From Felis catus (Eukaryota), in contig NC_058368.1 of assembly GCF_018350175.1 (NCBI RefSeq), positions 6,944,001 to 7,008,000 of the forward strand: DNA of 64,000 bases, given 5' to 3'. The notes beneath the pieces are model-generated. The model saw only the letters and a program-made list of their open reading frames with translations, was not told the origin of the DNA and searched no databases. A program made the position numbers and the translations under genes. Within the stretch, counting starts at the first letter, position 1. The number at the start of each line of letters is the position of its first letter. Shown piece by piece: positions 1-12,370 of the stretch.

Positions 1-784
1 ATCCTTTCATTTATTCAATTTCCAACTCTAATGATTGAATGCTCTATTTTAGAGAAATTACGTCTATGCATTCCTCATTTTTCGAATAGTTTTTAGCATC
101 TTCTAGAAATACCTACATTCTTTCTACTGGATTTTCACTGGGTTACTGCATAATGAAATTAAACTCTGAATAGCATCCTTCCCACAAATTTCACACTAAG
201 CTGCTGCTTTTGGAACTAGACAATGGCACAGGAGAACAATATTAAACAGTCTAGAAAGGAAGAAGAAACACCTATTTTCAGTTGATATTTCATTGGAGGT
301 GACGTGCTAGTCGGATGGTATTTAAAATTATCCGGAATAAAAAAAGAATGAGTAGTTTTATGAACATTTCCTTTGTTCAATCTTAAGCACTTCCTCAAGG
401 AATTATGCAGAATGAGCTTTCTAAGTGACTTCAGCTCTGGGGCAGAGATGCAGACCTCGGCGTTTATCGAATGCTTTCAGAAAGCAAGGTAGAAAGTTGA
501 AGTTTTACTCTTGCTGTGGAATGTCCTTATGGATGTCTCCCTAGGCACACGTGCAAAAGTCACGATGGTATACACACAGGCGGAACTGCTGGGTTTCAGG
601 GTATGTGAATGTTCAACTACCAAGATATTACCAAATTGTGTAGTATTTATGAAAGTGCTCGTGTGTATTTATCATCCCACCAGCAGTATGGTAGAGCTTC
701 TATTCACTTCTGAGACTTGTGATTATGAATTCTTAATTTTAGCCACTTTAGTAGGTTTTGTGTGTTATCTTGTTACAGTCTTTC

Positions 785-950
785 TTTAAGTTTATTTTGA
801 GAGAGTGTGTGTGCACAAGTGAGGGAGGAGCAGAGAGAGAATCCCAAGCAGGCTCCATGCTGTCAGCACACAGCCCAATGCGGGGCTCGAACTCAGGAAC
901 CCCAAACCCTGTGAGATCATGACTTGAGTCATAAGCAATAATCAGACACC
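785..950 (-). mobile_element. Can-SINE (SINEC), truncated
   Basis: gagagagaatcccaagcaggctcc...gagatcatgacttgag consensus on minus strand. Confidence 0.8.
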
Positions 951-952
951 TA

Positions 953-1125
953 GGGCGCCTGGGTGGCTCAGTCAGTTAACCGTCCCACTCTTGATTTCGG
1001 CTCAGGTCATGATCTCTCGGTTCAAGGGATCAAGCCCCACATCAGGCTCTGAGCTGACAGTGTAGAACCTGCTGGAGATTCTCTCTCTCCCTTTCTCTCT
1101 GCCCCTCCCCCCACTGTCTCTCTTA
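953..1125 (+). mobile_element. Can-SINE (SINEC)
   Basis: gggcgcctgggtggctcagtc head, (CT)n tract. Confidence 0.85.
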
Positions 1126-1376
1126 AAGAAGTTGAGCAATTTTTCATGTTTATTCTCCTTTTGTGTTTCGTCTTCCTGTGAAACATCTGTTTGGATGGTT
1201 TTTCCATCGGTTGTTTGTCTTTTTCTGTTTGTTTCAGAGTATTAATCTGAATACTATCTTCTTTGCCAGCGACAGGTGTTGCAGATATCTTCTTCCAGTT
1301 TGTAGACTGTTTTTGTACTTCCTTGTTGGCATCGCTTGATGAACAGAAGTTCTTAACTATAATACAGGCAGATGTA

Positions 1377-1587
1377 GGGGCACCTGGGTGGCTCAGTCGG
1401 TTAAGCCTCCGACTTCAGACCAGGTCATGATCCCATCCTTTGTGGGTTTGAGCCCTACATCAGGCTCTGTGCTGACGGCACAGACCCTGGAGACTGCTTC
1501 AGATTCTGTGTCTCCCTCTCTCTCTGCCCCTCCTCCGCTCACATTCTGTCTCTCTTTCCCGAAAAAATAAACAAACGTTAAAAATTT
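1377..1587 (+). mobile_element. Can-SINE (SINEC_Fc-like)
   Basis: ggggcacctgggtggctcagtcggttaag head, CT tract, A-rich tail; TSD-like ataggcagat/acaggcagat. Confidence 0.9.
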
Positions 1588-1752
1588 ATAACATAGGCAG
1601 ATACATCAATCTTTCTGATTTGGGCTTTTTGTGTCTTAAGCACTTTTTCCGTACACAAAGATAAGATAGTCTTCTATTTCTAAATGTTTAAAGGTCTTAC
1701 CTTTATACATTTACATGTTTAATTATTCTGGATTTAAGTATCAAAAGGCCAC

Positions 1753-1776
1753 TTTTTTTTTAAATGTTTATTTATT

Positions 1777-1812
<36 letters not shown>

Positions 1813-1981
1813 TATGAGTGGGGGAGAAGCAGAGAGAGAGAGGGAGACACAGAATCCAAAGCAGGCTCCGGGCTCTGAACTGTCAGCACAGAGCCTGACG
1901 CGGGGCTCAAACTCACAAACCATTAGTTCATGACCTGAGCCAAAGTCAGACACTTAACCAACTGAGCCACCTAGACATCCC
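1753..1981 (-). mobile_element. Can-SINE (SINEC_Fc-like)
   Basis: Reverse consensus with (GA)n; degenerate TSD atcaaaaggccact/atcaaaaacccact. Confidence 0.9.
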
Positions 1982-3305
1982 ATCAAAAACCCACTCTTCA
2001 GGGCTGATTCACATGTGGAAAAGGTATCCGTAAATTCCTCCCAGGAAAAGTTGCCTGGTGTCTGCTCTATGCTTATGAGATCCTCCCCTTATACATATTT
2101 TGAGCTTGTCACTTGCAGGCCAGGAACAGTCTAACATGGGGACCCTTACAGTCATAGTTACTTCAGGGTGACCTGGTAGAGTAGATTAATTTCTCAGTTC
2201 TCGATCCCAACAGATCTGATAAAGGAAGTAAAATACTTCTGAACATGAAAGGCAATTATAAGGCTACGGGCTGAACAAAATCCCCCAAAAAGCAGAGTTT
2301 TAGACCTCCATATGATGTGACTGCATTTTTGATAACCGTTCAAAGGATCTTCTATGAAAACAACTCTAGTTACTCCTGTACAAACAAGTCAGAGGACACA
2401 AAAACAATTAATGATACTGAATTTAAAAACAACAATCACCACCACCACCACAGGCCAACCCTGCTATCAAATCCACATCTTAATGGCAGGAACTTGACCA
2501 AAAGAGGGAAGCAGGAAGCCAACACTGATACATGACTCTACTCCCAACACGACTGAGCACTTCAGAGACGGCAATACGGAAAAAAGTAAAGCACTTTGCA
2601 TTCTGAGCTAAATTAAAAATAACAGGACCACCCTAACTGGCGTGGGTCTCCAAGCTCTTAAAATAGTGAACATCCCATAAACCTGGTTTCCAAACAAGAG
2701 CAATTCCGCTCCTGATCTTGTTATGTTGGCATCTGAGACTATGACTTGGTCTTTGTGACTATAACGTCACGTGAGGAAGTTGTCTGTTGCCAGCATTAAC
2801 ACACGGATATAAACTTGGAAACCTCGATAACTTTATGGTTTCTTGAATCAAATGCCTACCAGGTTCTCTACTGGGGGAGCAGATCTTTCTGAAATCTGAC
2901 TTCCTTCTTGTCTTTGCAAATCCTTTCCCTTTGAAAGCCTTCTGTTTCGGAGTCCGCCTTTAGCCTGTGCAGTTGGGTGCTTCATCTGCCTATTGGTCAT
3001 CTTTCTCGCTTGGCACGTTGAGCCTTCAATGTGATGACGTCTTCTTTGTTCGCAGCTCACCCACACACCTCATGTTTTGACTGGGAGTATTTTCATTGGC
3101 ATTTTACACAGATTCCTCCTGGATACTGTCCACAGGCTAGCTCTTGGTTTCCTTCTAAAGCAGCAATTCACAGCTCCGTCCTCTCAGAAACATGTAAGAG
3201 GAAACAAAAGGACACTTGTAATGCCACCTCTTTGGTTTGTTGTGGCTCAACCTAAGCAAAACCTAGCAGTTGGAGGTAAGCCAGTCATTAGATTAGTGAC
3301 TTCTT

Positions 3306-3570
3306 GGGGCGCCTGGGTGGCTCAATCGGTTGGGCGTCTGACTTCAGCTCAGGTCATGATCTCACGGTTCGTGAGTTCGAGCCCCGCGTCGGGCTCTGCT
3401 GACAGCTCAGAGCCTGGAGCCTGCTTCGGATTCTGTGTCTCCCTCTCTCTCTCTGCCCCTCCCCTGCTCTCTCTCTCTCTCTCTGCCCCTCCCCTGCTCT
3501 CTCTCTCTCTCTCTGCCCTCCCCTGGTCTCTCTCTCTCTCTCTAAAAAAAAATAAACATTAAAAAATTAA
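3306..3570 (+). mobile_element. Can-SINE with triplicated ctctctctctgcccctccc unit
   Basis: Full head, internal tandem duplication of the CT region, AATAAA tail. Confidence 0.9.
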
Positions 3571-4954
3571 GTTAATGACTTCTTTTAGCAATTTTTATCA
3601 CAAGCCTTCCTTATCAGGAGAAAAAAAAACCCCAGTATTCTCAACTTTATAAACACCTGTAATAACAAAAGATCTTGGGCCTATAGGAGTCAACAGTTTT
3701 CTCTCATTTGCTCTTTACTTTGGACAGAGTTTACATGTCTTCTTGGGGTGACTGTGGCCAAAGTGGAATATCTGTGGCTCCCTTGGGACAGATCTTCACA
3801 TTCTTACCCCTAGAATCCGAGAATAGAGGGTTGATGCAAAGGCCCTGAGGTAGACACATTTTTTTTTAATGTGAAGAGATGGAAACCATCAGAGGCATCA
3901 TAAAATGAGTTGACTTTTAGGTCAAGCCAGGAAGATGCTCACCTTCAGTAACTTTCGGTGCATGTGGAGAACAGTCCTGGGTTCGGATAACACAACTTCA
4001 CATCCTCCTGTGAGGCTCCCAACACTAAATCTGAGCTCTGAAGACACAGGGAATGTTCCTTGACAATGGGCAGATGCCAAGCATTTCTACCTCCCTCCCA
4101 TTTCCATCTTCTAATCGTTGCGGCCAGAAGTGAAGTAGAGAAGCCAGGACACCAGCGGCGGAGAGGAACGTCTCAGGAGTCTCTACCGGACTCGAGCAGA
4201 CATACCCTTCTGACACCTCACATGTCTCAGAGGATGTGAGACAGTCGGTGGTGGTTAGTGAACCCAAGTTCACATTCACATAAAATCCGAGCATACAGCA
4301 GCACAGGCTTAGCGGAGGCGTGAGCACCTTCGTCTCAGCCACCCTCCCAAGGGCCGTGTTGATCCGGATCTTGCGTATCTGAGAAATGTCAAGAGGCTGG
4401 CGAGAAATGAATAGCCCGTCTGGTGCTTTCTCACCAAATGCTGAAAGCAAGGGAAGCATAAGTTCTTTGCAAGATGTCAAGCAGAGGTCTTCAAAACAGT
4501 TCAGGTAAAAGGAAGAGATGAGTCTTTTCCGGTTTTCTGTCACGGTCACACAGAAACCTGCCGACCTAAGGCCCATGCTCAGTGCTCGACTCCAGAGTCC
4601 AACTCTCTGAAAACGTCCGCCAAACGTCCTGCTACCAGGTTTTCCTGGCCTTACTTATTCTGGGAGAACTGAAAGCACCCGGAGTGGATGAAAAGCCTCT
4701 TGTCAGTCTGCATCACCAAGGAGCCCAGGCGCCTTGGACAGAAGGTGCGTACGTTATGGAATAGGGTTCCTCGGAGTAGACCCCACAGAAGGGGTAGGTC
4801 AATGATTTCCAGGGCTCGGCCACAAATCTCCTCAGGCATCCAACTCTCAAGACTCCCAGATAAGTCGGAAGGGATCTGGACCGGATGCTGCCCTTTTGTT
4901 GGAATCAGGAATACCACACCCGTGTCACCCATTCTCTCCACAGGACAGACGTCT

Positions 4955-6399
4955 CTGAAAACAGCAGAGTAGACAACTCCAAGCCTTCATCCCTTCATAA
5001 AAGCAGTGAACAAGCTGGCAAGAATTGTCACGATGAAGTTTTTCAGAACTCTACAATCTAATAAAAGAAACTTTCAGCAACCAGAATAAAGCTCACTGGA
5101 AAAAAAAAAAAAAGCCAGCTGAATTTTGGTAAGAGAGCATTTTGACTTACCTTGTTACCATTGCCAACACAGCTACAGACTTGAAGACAGAAGTCCATTT
5201 TCCTGGTGCAGGTTACTGGGATCGGAGGGACCAGAACCAATCTTATCTCACCTCAAAGAACCGTGGATCCACGTTTTGACCTGAGTAGCTCCCTGAAGCT
5301 CCCGTAAGCTCCTTGAAGGATCTGCTCAAGGACTTGCCTTTGTTTCACACGCCTCAGCTCCAAGGCAGTTTCCTGGGTGACGTTTGCAAATGCATAAGCG
5401 GCTGCCATCTGTGGCAAAGGGTAACAATTAGGGCAAGCAACAGAAAAACCAAAATACTGGGAAGAAAGAGGCTGGAGAAGGGCATATTTCAGGGAATAAG
5501 GGCTTTGAGAAGCTCCCATTTAATCCAGAGAACTAGAAGACTCCCTGCATGCCTGGGCTGGATACATGCTCAGAAAAGACCCGAGAAGAGTCAAAGATCT
5601 TCTCATTGGCTGACCTTCAAGCTCCATGCAAGCAGGAAGTAAACGGCCCGGCCAAGTATCGAGGAGTGCCACAACACAGAGCCCGTCTGAAAAGACTGGA
5701 GAGAGTTTTTAGGGGGCTTTTTTTTTTCTTTTCTTTTTTTACTCCAGGGATTAAAAGAACTCTCTGCCTGACCACTAGCTGACTAGTAAACTAATGGAAC
5801 AGAAACGTAAGTGACCACACATGACAAAGAATATACTTTGAAAATTAGTTCAGAAAAGCCATTTAAAAAACAAGCAACAACAGCTACAACAAACAGCAAC
5901 AACACGTCATGGAGAGAGAGGGAAAAAGTGATTTCCAAAGTTGCCACATGAGAATATTCAAAATATTAAGTTTTCAATGAAAAGATTACAAAGTCACATG
6001 TGAAAGAAAGAACCATTCATAGGAAGAAAAAAGTTAATAGTTCTTGAGGAAGCCCAAATATCAGACTTAACAGACAAAACTTTACTTTTTTTAATATTTG
6101 TTTTTGAGAGAGACAGAATGCGAGTAGGGGAGGGGCAGAGGAGAGGGAGACACAGATTTGGAAGCAGGCTCCAGGCTCTGAGCCATCAGCACAGAACCCA
6201 ATGTGGGGCTCGAACTCATGAACCTGTGAGATCATGACCTGAGCCAAAGTCGGATGCTTAGACTGAGCCTCCCAGGCACCCGAGAGCCACTTTTTAGAAA
6301 ACATCTATATACTCATTGCCAGTTTTAATATTAACATCTTGCCATCTCTGTTTCATCTATTTGTTTTTTACTGAAGTGTTTGAAAGTAAACGGGGTGTA
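4955..6399 (+). mobile_element. Ancient L1M (L1M4/L1MC-like) 5' region insertion, containing a later SINE
   Basis: Motifs aaaagcagtgaacaagctggcaagaattgtc...tttttcagaactct and gctgaccttcaagctccatgcaagcaggaagt resemble old L1M 5' UTRs; flanked by ACGTCT (4949-4954) and ACATCT (6400-6405). Confidence 0.65.
6080..6281 (-). mobile_element. Can-SINE
   Basis: Reverse SINEC consensus. Confidence 0.9.
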
Positions 6400-6990
6400 A
6401 CATCTGTCAACGTTTTGGTTATGTCCCACTTCGTCTTGGCTAAAGTTTCTCATGTTTCCTGGCTTTCTCAGGGAAATCTCCTGACCTTCTTTCCTCCCTT
6501 TCCCTCACATAAAATGTCCAACACTAGTTCCTTATTCATCGTTTAGTCCCATTCTCTCACACTTCTTTCCAATAATACCATGGGAGGCTCACATGTAATT
6601 CTTTTCTCAGAATTGCCTCCTTCTTCTGAGAACAATTTCCCATCATCCTATCCAAATTGTTCTCTCAGGATCTCCAGTTATGACACAACGTCACACACAC
6701 ATCTCTCCTCCTCCTATCACAGTTGCTGTGTCTAGATCTTGTGGCCCAGAGAGGGTTTTCCCACTGGTCTTGGACCTAGGGCCCAGAGAGTTGAGGTGGT
6801 TTCTCTGCAGGTGGCCAACTTGGTCAGCTGCAAAGCTCAGGAGCTATCAGAGGTCAAGTTTCTCTCATGTGTTGAAAGAATGCTTGCAACGAGAGAGAAG
6901 AATGAGGTTGACACTCAGAAAAAGTGGAGCAAACAATCCTTTATTGTTGGGAAACTTTTTTTTCTAACCTCACTTGAATTGGGATTCTGT

Positions 6991-7122
6991 GGGCACCTGG
7001 GGGTCTCAGTGGGTTAAGCATCTGGCTCTTGGTTTCGGCTCAGGTTACGATCTCACGGTTCATGAGTTTGAGCCCCACATCAGGCTCTGCATTGACAGCA
7101 TGGAGCCTGCTTGTGATTCTTG

Positions 7123-7162
<40 letters not shown>

Positions 7163-7252
7163 CCCCCACTTGTGAGTGCACTCTCTCTCCCTCTCTCAAA
7201 ATAAATAAACTTTTTAAATAAGTAAGTAAGTAAGTAAATAAATAAATAAATA
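6991..7252 (+). mobile_element. Can-SINE with (TAAG)n/(TAAA)n tail
   Basis: SINEC head, CT tract, microsatellite tail. Confidence 0.9.
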
Positions 7253-7846
7253 AGGATTCTAGCGCCTGCAGCCAAAAGAGCATGTAAGTGAGTGTGGTCT
7301 GGCCTAGGGGATATCGATAGGGAGAATTGGGTAAAACCTTTAGTCTACCCCCAAATAAAAGTTATAAAGACCACTCTAAACAATCCATCCAACCTCAAAT
7401 TCAAAAGACTTGAAGAGAAGCTATAGTTCTGTGTATGTTTTCAAGGTCAAATATTAATACATAAATCTATAAAACTTAAAAAAAAAAAAGAAAAGAAAAG
7501 GCGGCAAGGAGCTCACCAATGTATGTAGGACATAGGATTTCAGATTGTTACTTTTGTACATTACACGTTCATTTAAAAATCGAACAAAATTTTATTTTGT
7601 ACCTACTTTTTGTAGAAAGCGCCTCAGAAACTATAGTGTGTCTGCTATTGAACCGGAAAATTTAGTTTGTGGTTCTGTATTTTATTCTAAACGTGATCAA
7701 ATACACCTCCACACACACACAAGAGACAGGAAGGTGTATACATTTTATGACTTGTTAAACATACCAACAAACAATAAAAAACAACTGACAAGCTAGAACA
7801 ACATTAGTAAACTGAAAAATTCAGTTAATAATTCTTCTTAAAAATA

Positions 7847-8070
7847 GGGGCGCCTGGGTGGCGCAGTCGGTTAAGCATCCGACTTTAGCCAGGTCACGGT
7901 CTCGTGGTCCATGAGTTCGAGCCCCGCGTCGGGCTCTGGGCTGATGGCTCGGAGCCTGGAGCCTGTTTCTGATTCTGTGTCTCCCTCTCTCTCTGCTCCT
8001 CGCCCGTTCATGCTCTGTCTCTCTCTGTCCCAAAAATAAATAAATGTTGAAAAAAAATTAAAAAAAAAAA
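7847..8070 (+). mobile_element. Young felid SINEC_Fc
   Basis: ggggcgcctgggtggcgcagtcggttaag...ctgatggctcggagcctggagcctgtttc...cccaaaaataaataaa. Confidence 0.92.
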
Positions 8071-8496
8071 TCTATGTAGCCACAGAAATTTGTGAGTCTT
8101 TTTCCTAGACCATACACTGCTGAGCCAAAGTGATTACTCACTTTTGTATCCTATGGTGAAACGTATACTTCTCAAGGGTACAGATATAATCATATAAATC
8201 AACACAAATCAAAACGTGTTGAGCACATGTGCCGATACCGTCTGTCACCTACTCCAGCAGGTCTTTCCTGATCTCCCGGATAAGGATCGTGCCCTTAATG
8301 TTCTCATAGTCTCAGCTGGTCTTTCGTTGGCACATATAAAAATAATTCTTAAATTATCTCCCAATGACTAGTTCAGTATTGTCTCCTGGAAAATACATAA
8401 TCTCCCAAAAGACACGGGCTTTGTTCCCCTCTTCAGGAATGGGCCCCAGTATCAAGCAGGCACATAATGAAATGCTTAGTAAAAGATTAATGAATA

Positions 8497-8725
8497 GGGG
8501 CGCCTGGGTGGTCCCGTTGGTTGAGCATCTGACTTCGGCTCAGATTATGATCTCACGGTTCGTGGGTTCAAGCCCCGCGTTGGGCTCTGTGCCGACAGCT
8601 CGGAGCCTGCAGCCTGCTTCCGATTCTGTGTCTCCCTCTCTCTCTGCCCCTCCCCTGCTCATATTCTCTCTCTCTCTCTCACTCTCTTTCTCTTAAAATA
8701 AGCATTTTTTAAATGAAAAAAAAGA
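8497..8725 (+). mobile_element. Can-SINE
   Basis: SINEC consensus; TSD-like aaaagattaatgaata/aaaagattaaggaata. Confidence 0.9.
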
Positions 8726-9127
8726 TTAAGGAATAAATATGTCACACCACAGAGAATTTTATAAAGGAAGGACTCCATAATTTCTGTCGGTTGTCTTATT
8801 TCTGGCTTGTGCAGAGAATGAGAATGGAGAAAGGAGCGCTTACTACTGAGGGTGAGCGAATGTGAGGCTCTGGCATTTGCGGGCTTGTTTCTCTCCCAGA
8901 GTCCCGTCAACTGTCAAGTGCAGCAAGGTGTGCTTTGTCCTACATACAATCATAGGAGTTTCTCAGTTCGGTGTCCTGTGTTTCCAAATCTTTTTAACTA
9001 CATGGTGATGGATGCTAACTAGACTTATTGGGGTGATCGTTTCACAACATGTACAAATACTGAATCATTATGTTGTCCCCCTGAAACTATATAATATTCT
9101 AAGTCAATTTATGTCAATAACATAACA

Positions 9128-9545
9128 TTTCTTTCTTTCTTTCCTTCCTTCCTTCCTTCCTTCCTTCCTTCCTTCCTTCCTTCCTTCCTTCCTTTTCAGA
9201 GAGGGAGCAAGTGGGCCAGAAGAAGAGAGAATCTTCAGCAGGCTCCACACTCACCCTGGGATCATGATCTGAGCTGAAATCAAGAGTCAGATGCTCAACC
9301 TACTGAGCCACCCAGGTGTCCCTGATGACTCTATTTTTAACATTTATTCATTTTTGAGAAACAGAGACAGACAGAACGTGAGTGGGGGAGAGGCAGAGAG
9401 AGAGGGAGACACAGAATCCGCAGCAGGCTCCAGGCTCCGAGCTGTCAGCACTGAGCCCAATGTGGGGCTCGGACCCACGGAGTGCGAGATTATGACCTGA
9501 GCCGACGTCGGAAGCTTACCCGACTGAGCCACCCTGGCGCCCCCC
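9128..9545 (-). mobile_element. Two tandem minus-strand Can-SINEs, the first with a (TTCC)n tail
   Basis: (TTCC)n 9130-9195; SINE bodies ~9195-9322 and ~9333-9545. Confidence 0.85.
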
Positions 9546-11735
9546 AATCACTCTATTTGAAACTGTGATATCTCATTTCCTCTTTCCTGCTTGATTTTTT
9601 TTTCTCTATGGCACTTGTCTCCATCTGTCTGAATATACACATTGTAACACAATAGTGTAAATAGTGTACCGTTTACTGTCTTTCCCCCACTAGAATGTAA
9701 ACTTCGAGAGGATAGGGATTTTTGTCTGTTTTATTCCCCTGTATCTCTAGCATTCTGCCATGTAGTAGGTGCCCAATGAATGTATGCTCCATGAATGACT
9801 GAATGAACGAATGCCCTGAGCACTGCTTGAGGAAACCCGTCAGCTGGGCAGCAGACTACGTTGGATTAATTGTCAATCTCAAATGGATCCTAAATATCAA
9901 ATCATTCTGTTACAAAAGATGCTGCTACTGTGAACGATCATTTTCTTCAAACTCCATTCATGTTATTAAAATTACCCCTATTAACACTGATTCAGTGGGG
10001 TCAGCTTGCTGCTCCCTTTTCCCCCGTATTTTCCATCTCGGTGTCCAAATATTTTTGAGCCTTTACTATACGGTATGCTACGCACTGGATACAAAGTGAT
10101 AGGCCTAGAGTGACAAAGTCCTTACCTTTATGAAGCTTACAGTTTTCTGAAATTCACCGTGTGAAAGTCACCAGACCACTACCTCTCCCCAGTTTCAAGT
10201 ATCTTCTCTCAGATCAACTAAAATTAAGTAGAATTCTAGCAAATTATTTCAATTCAATCTTGTCCAATGTCACGCACATAAACCAGCTTTCAAAGACCAC
10301 CGAAACCTAGCTTGCAGCACCACAGATATCTAAAAACTAGTCTGAATAGATAGCACTGGGATCGCGTCTATACAATATGAAAGCTGAGTGCAAATTAGCA
10401 ACATGAAACCGCTATCTGACGAAGGTTCTTCATGTAATTTTATGCTTCAGCTTATATAAATCCCAGCGCTAAAACCTTTAAAAGCATTTGTATCAATTAT
10501 TTTACAGAAATATTTTGATGTCATTGTGGTTCATTATAATGGTTATTGTCAGTTTTCCAAAAAAAAAAAAAAAAAAGAGTTTATTTCAATAATTCCGGGC
10601 ATATATGAAACTGTAGCCAGAGTAATTTTTCTAATGGCTAAAAAGGTTTTAGTCTTTTGTCAGCAAGGACTGTAGTTAAAATATTTCAACCGCAGAATCT
10701 TCTTATCCCGTCGGAGTACAGCCAAGTACCTGCAGAATAGTTCGGAGGTAGAAACAGGACACTGCCAGTCAGCAGAAAATTTTGACTCTATCATAGGACA
10801 GAGGCCTAATTGCTCCCCTATTTCATTTGACAACCAGAATGGCTGTTTTGAGAACACTTTTGTGGGTTTCTTTTTAAAGTGTTTCCAAGTTTAATTTTAA
10901 CAGGCACAACAGAGTGCCAGTCCCCTATCTGATTGTCCCACAAAATTTGACCTGCTTGACTTCACCAGCAGTCGCACTGGAAATCTAAGGACATGACAGG
11001 GTAACAGCGAAGCAAAATCAGTTTAGTTACAGGATAAATTAACAACTGCAGACCGTCAGCTCAAGGCAAGTCAGCAAAATTGCACCAAAGCTTGTTCAGA
11101 ATCCACAGGGCAAAATGGAAAATAATCCCACGTGCCCATGTTTCTGAGTTACTTTGCAGGGGCAAGATTACTGTGGGAACATGCATATTTTGACGGGGAA
11201 CTCACCCTAATAGTGTAACAGTCAAAGTTTGTGACAAATAGGGATTACTTCCAGAATTTGCAGGGACATCTCTGGCAGCGGTAGCAGAAGTAGGGGACCA
11301 GGACAGTGTTCATAAGCTTTTTGATCCCAGGACCCCCTTACCTCTTAAAAATCACTGAACTTTCATTTATGTGGATTTTCATCTATCAATATTTACCAGA
11401 CATTAAAATGAAGACTTTCTAGAAATATTCATTCACTTATATAAAAATAAACATAATAATAATAGAAACCTCATACACGGTCACATAAATATTTTTATGA
11501 CAAGTGACTGTGTTTTCCAAAATAAATTCTTTTTCACTGCATTTCTTTTTTGCTGCACCATTTGGTGAGAAGTGTGGCATTGTCTTACCTTTTTGTGACA
11601 TCCGTAAGCTCTAGCTCGGTCGAAAACAACAACTGGACAGTCATCTGCCTCTGCATTGGATCTATTGCCATATGCATTTGGTTGAAGTATATGAAGAAAA
11701 CCGTCTCACACAGGCATGCTAGGAAAGGGAGCAGT

Positions 11736-11968
11736 ATTTTTTAAATTTTTTTTTCATTTTTTTTCAACGTTTTTATTTATTTTTGGGACAGAGAGAGACA
11801 GAGCATGAACGGGGGAGGGGCAGAGAGAGAGGGAGACACAGAATCAGAAACAGGCTCCAGGCTCTGAGCCATCAGCCCAGAGCCCGACGCGAGGCTCGAA
11901 CTCACGGACCGCGAGATCGTGACCTGGCTGAAGTCGGACGCTTAACCGACTGCGCCACCCAGGCGCCC
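11736..11968 (-). mobile_element. Young felid SINEC_Fc
   Basis: Near-consensus; TSD gggagcagtatttt on both sides. Confidence 0.93.
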
Positions 11969-12140
11969 GGGGAGCAGTATTTTAATAACTTTTTCAGGTA
12001 ATTGTGGCTAATCTTATTTGATACCACACCAACACTCCACAGTAACAGATTTTTTTTTTTAAAGAGTAGTTGCAACGTGAAATCTAAATAGTATCAGTGA
12101 CATTTTCATACTGGTACATTAAATTCTATTGGCCCGTGTA

Positions 12141-12303
12141 GGAGTGCCTGGTGGCTCAGTTGGTTGAGCTTCCGACTTGCTCAGGTCATGATCTAGCAGT
12201 TCATGAGTTCGAGCCCCGCGTTGGGCTCTGTGCTGATAGCTCAGAGCCTGGAGCCTGCTTCGGATTCTGTGCCTCCCTCTCTCTCTGCCCCTCCCCTGCT
12301 CAT

Positions 12304-12343
<40 letters not shown>

Positions 12344-12370
12344 AAATAAACAAACATTTTAAAAAGTTTT
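12141..12370 (+). mobile_element. Can-SINE
   Basis: SINEC consensus; TSD-like aattctattggcc/aattccattggcc. Confidence 0.9.

Larger units (their letters stand above)
504..1732 (-). mobile_element. Old L1M-type LINE-1 fragment (ORF2 end/3' region) with nested SINEs
   Basis: Degenerate L1-like motifs (cccaccagcagtatg, ggtgttgcagatatcttcttccagtttgtag, gatgaacagaagttcttaa); flanked by TTGAAGT (497-503) and TTTAAGT (1733-1739). Confidence 0.7.

Noticed and set aside
3077..3562. Recurrent ORFs such as MAQSVKRPTSAQVMISRFVSSSPASGS and MGQRETEHERGRGRERGRHRIR across the window
   Set aside because: Translations of Can-SINE consensus, not genes
4025..4941. Idea that these ORFs are an endogenous viral element or processed pseudogene
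   Set aside because: No viral or RT motifs recognised and no poly(A)/TSD around them; splice signals and neighbouring relic exons favour an intron-containing gene. Not fully excluded without a database search.
7847..7930. tRNA-like A/B boxes (tggcgcagtcgg, gagttcgagccc)
   Set aside because: Heads of tRNA-derived SINEs; no complete cloverleaf, so not tRNA genes
8760..10475. Additional possible relic exons starting near 8939, 9977 and 10475 (minus strand)
   Set aside because: Acceptors are weak and more than one frame looks equally plausible; kept only within the overall pseudogene span, not called individually
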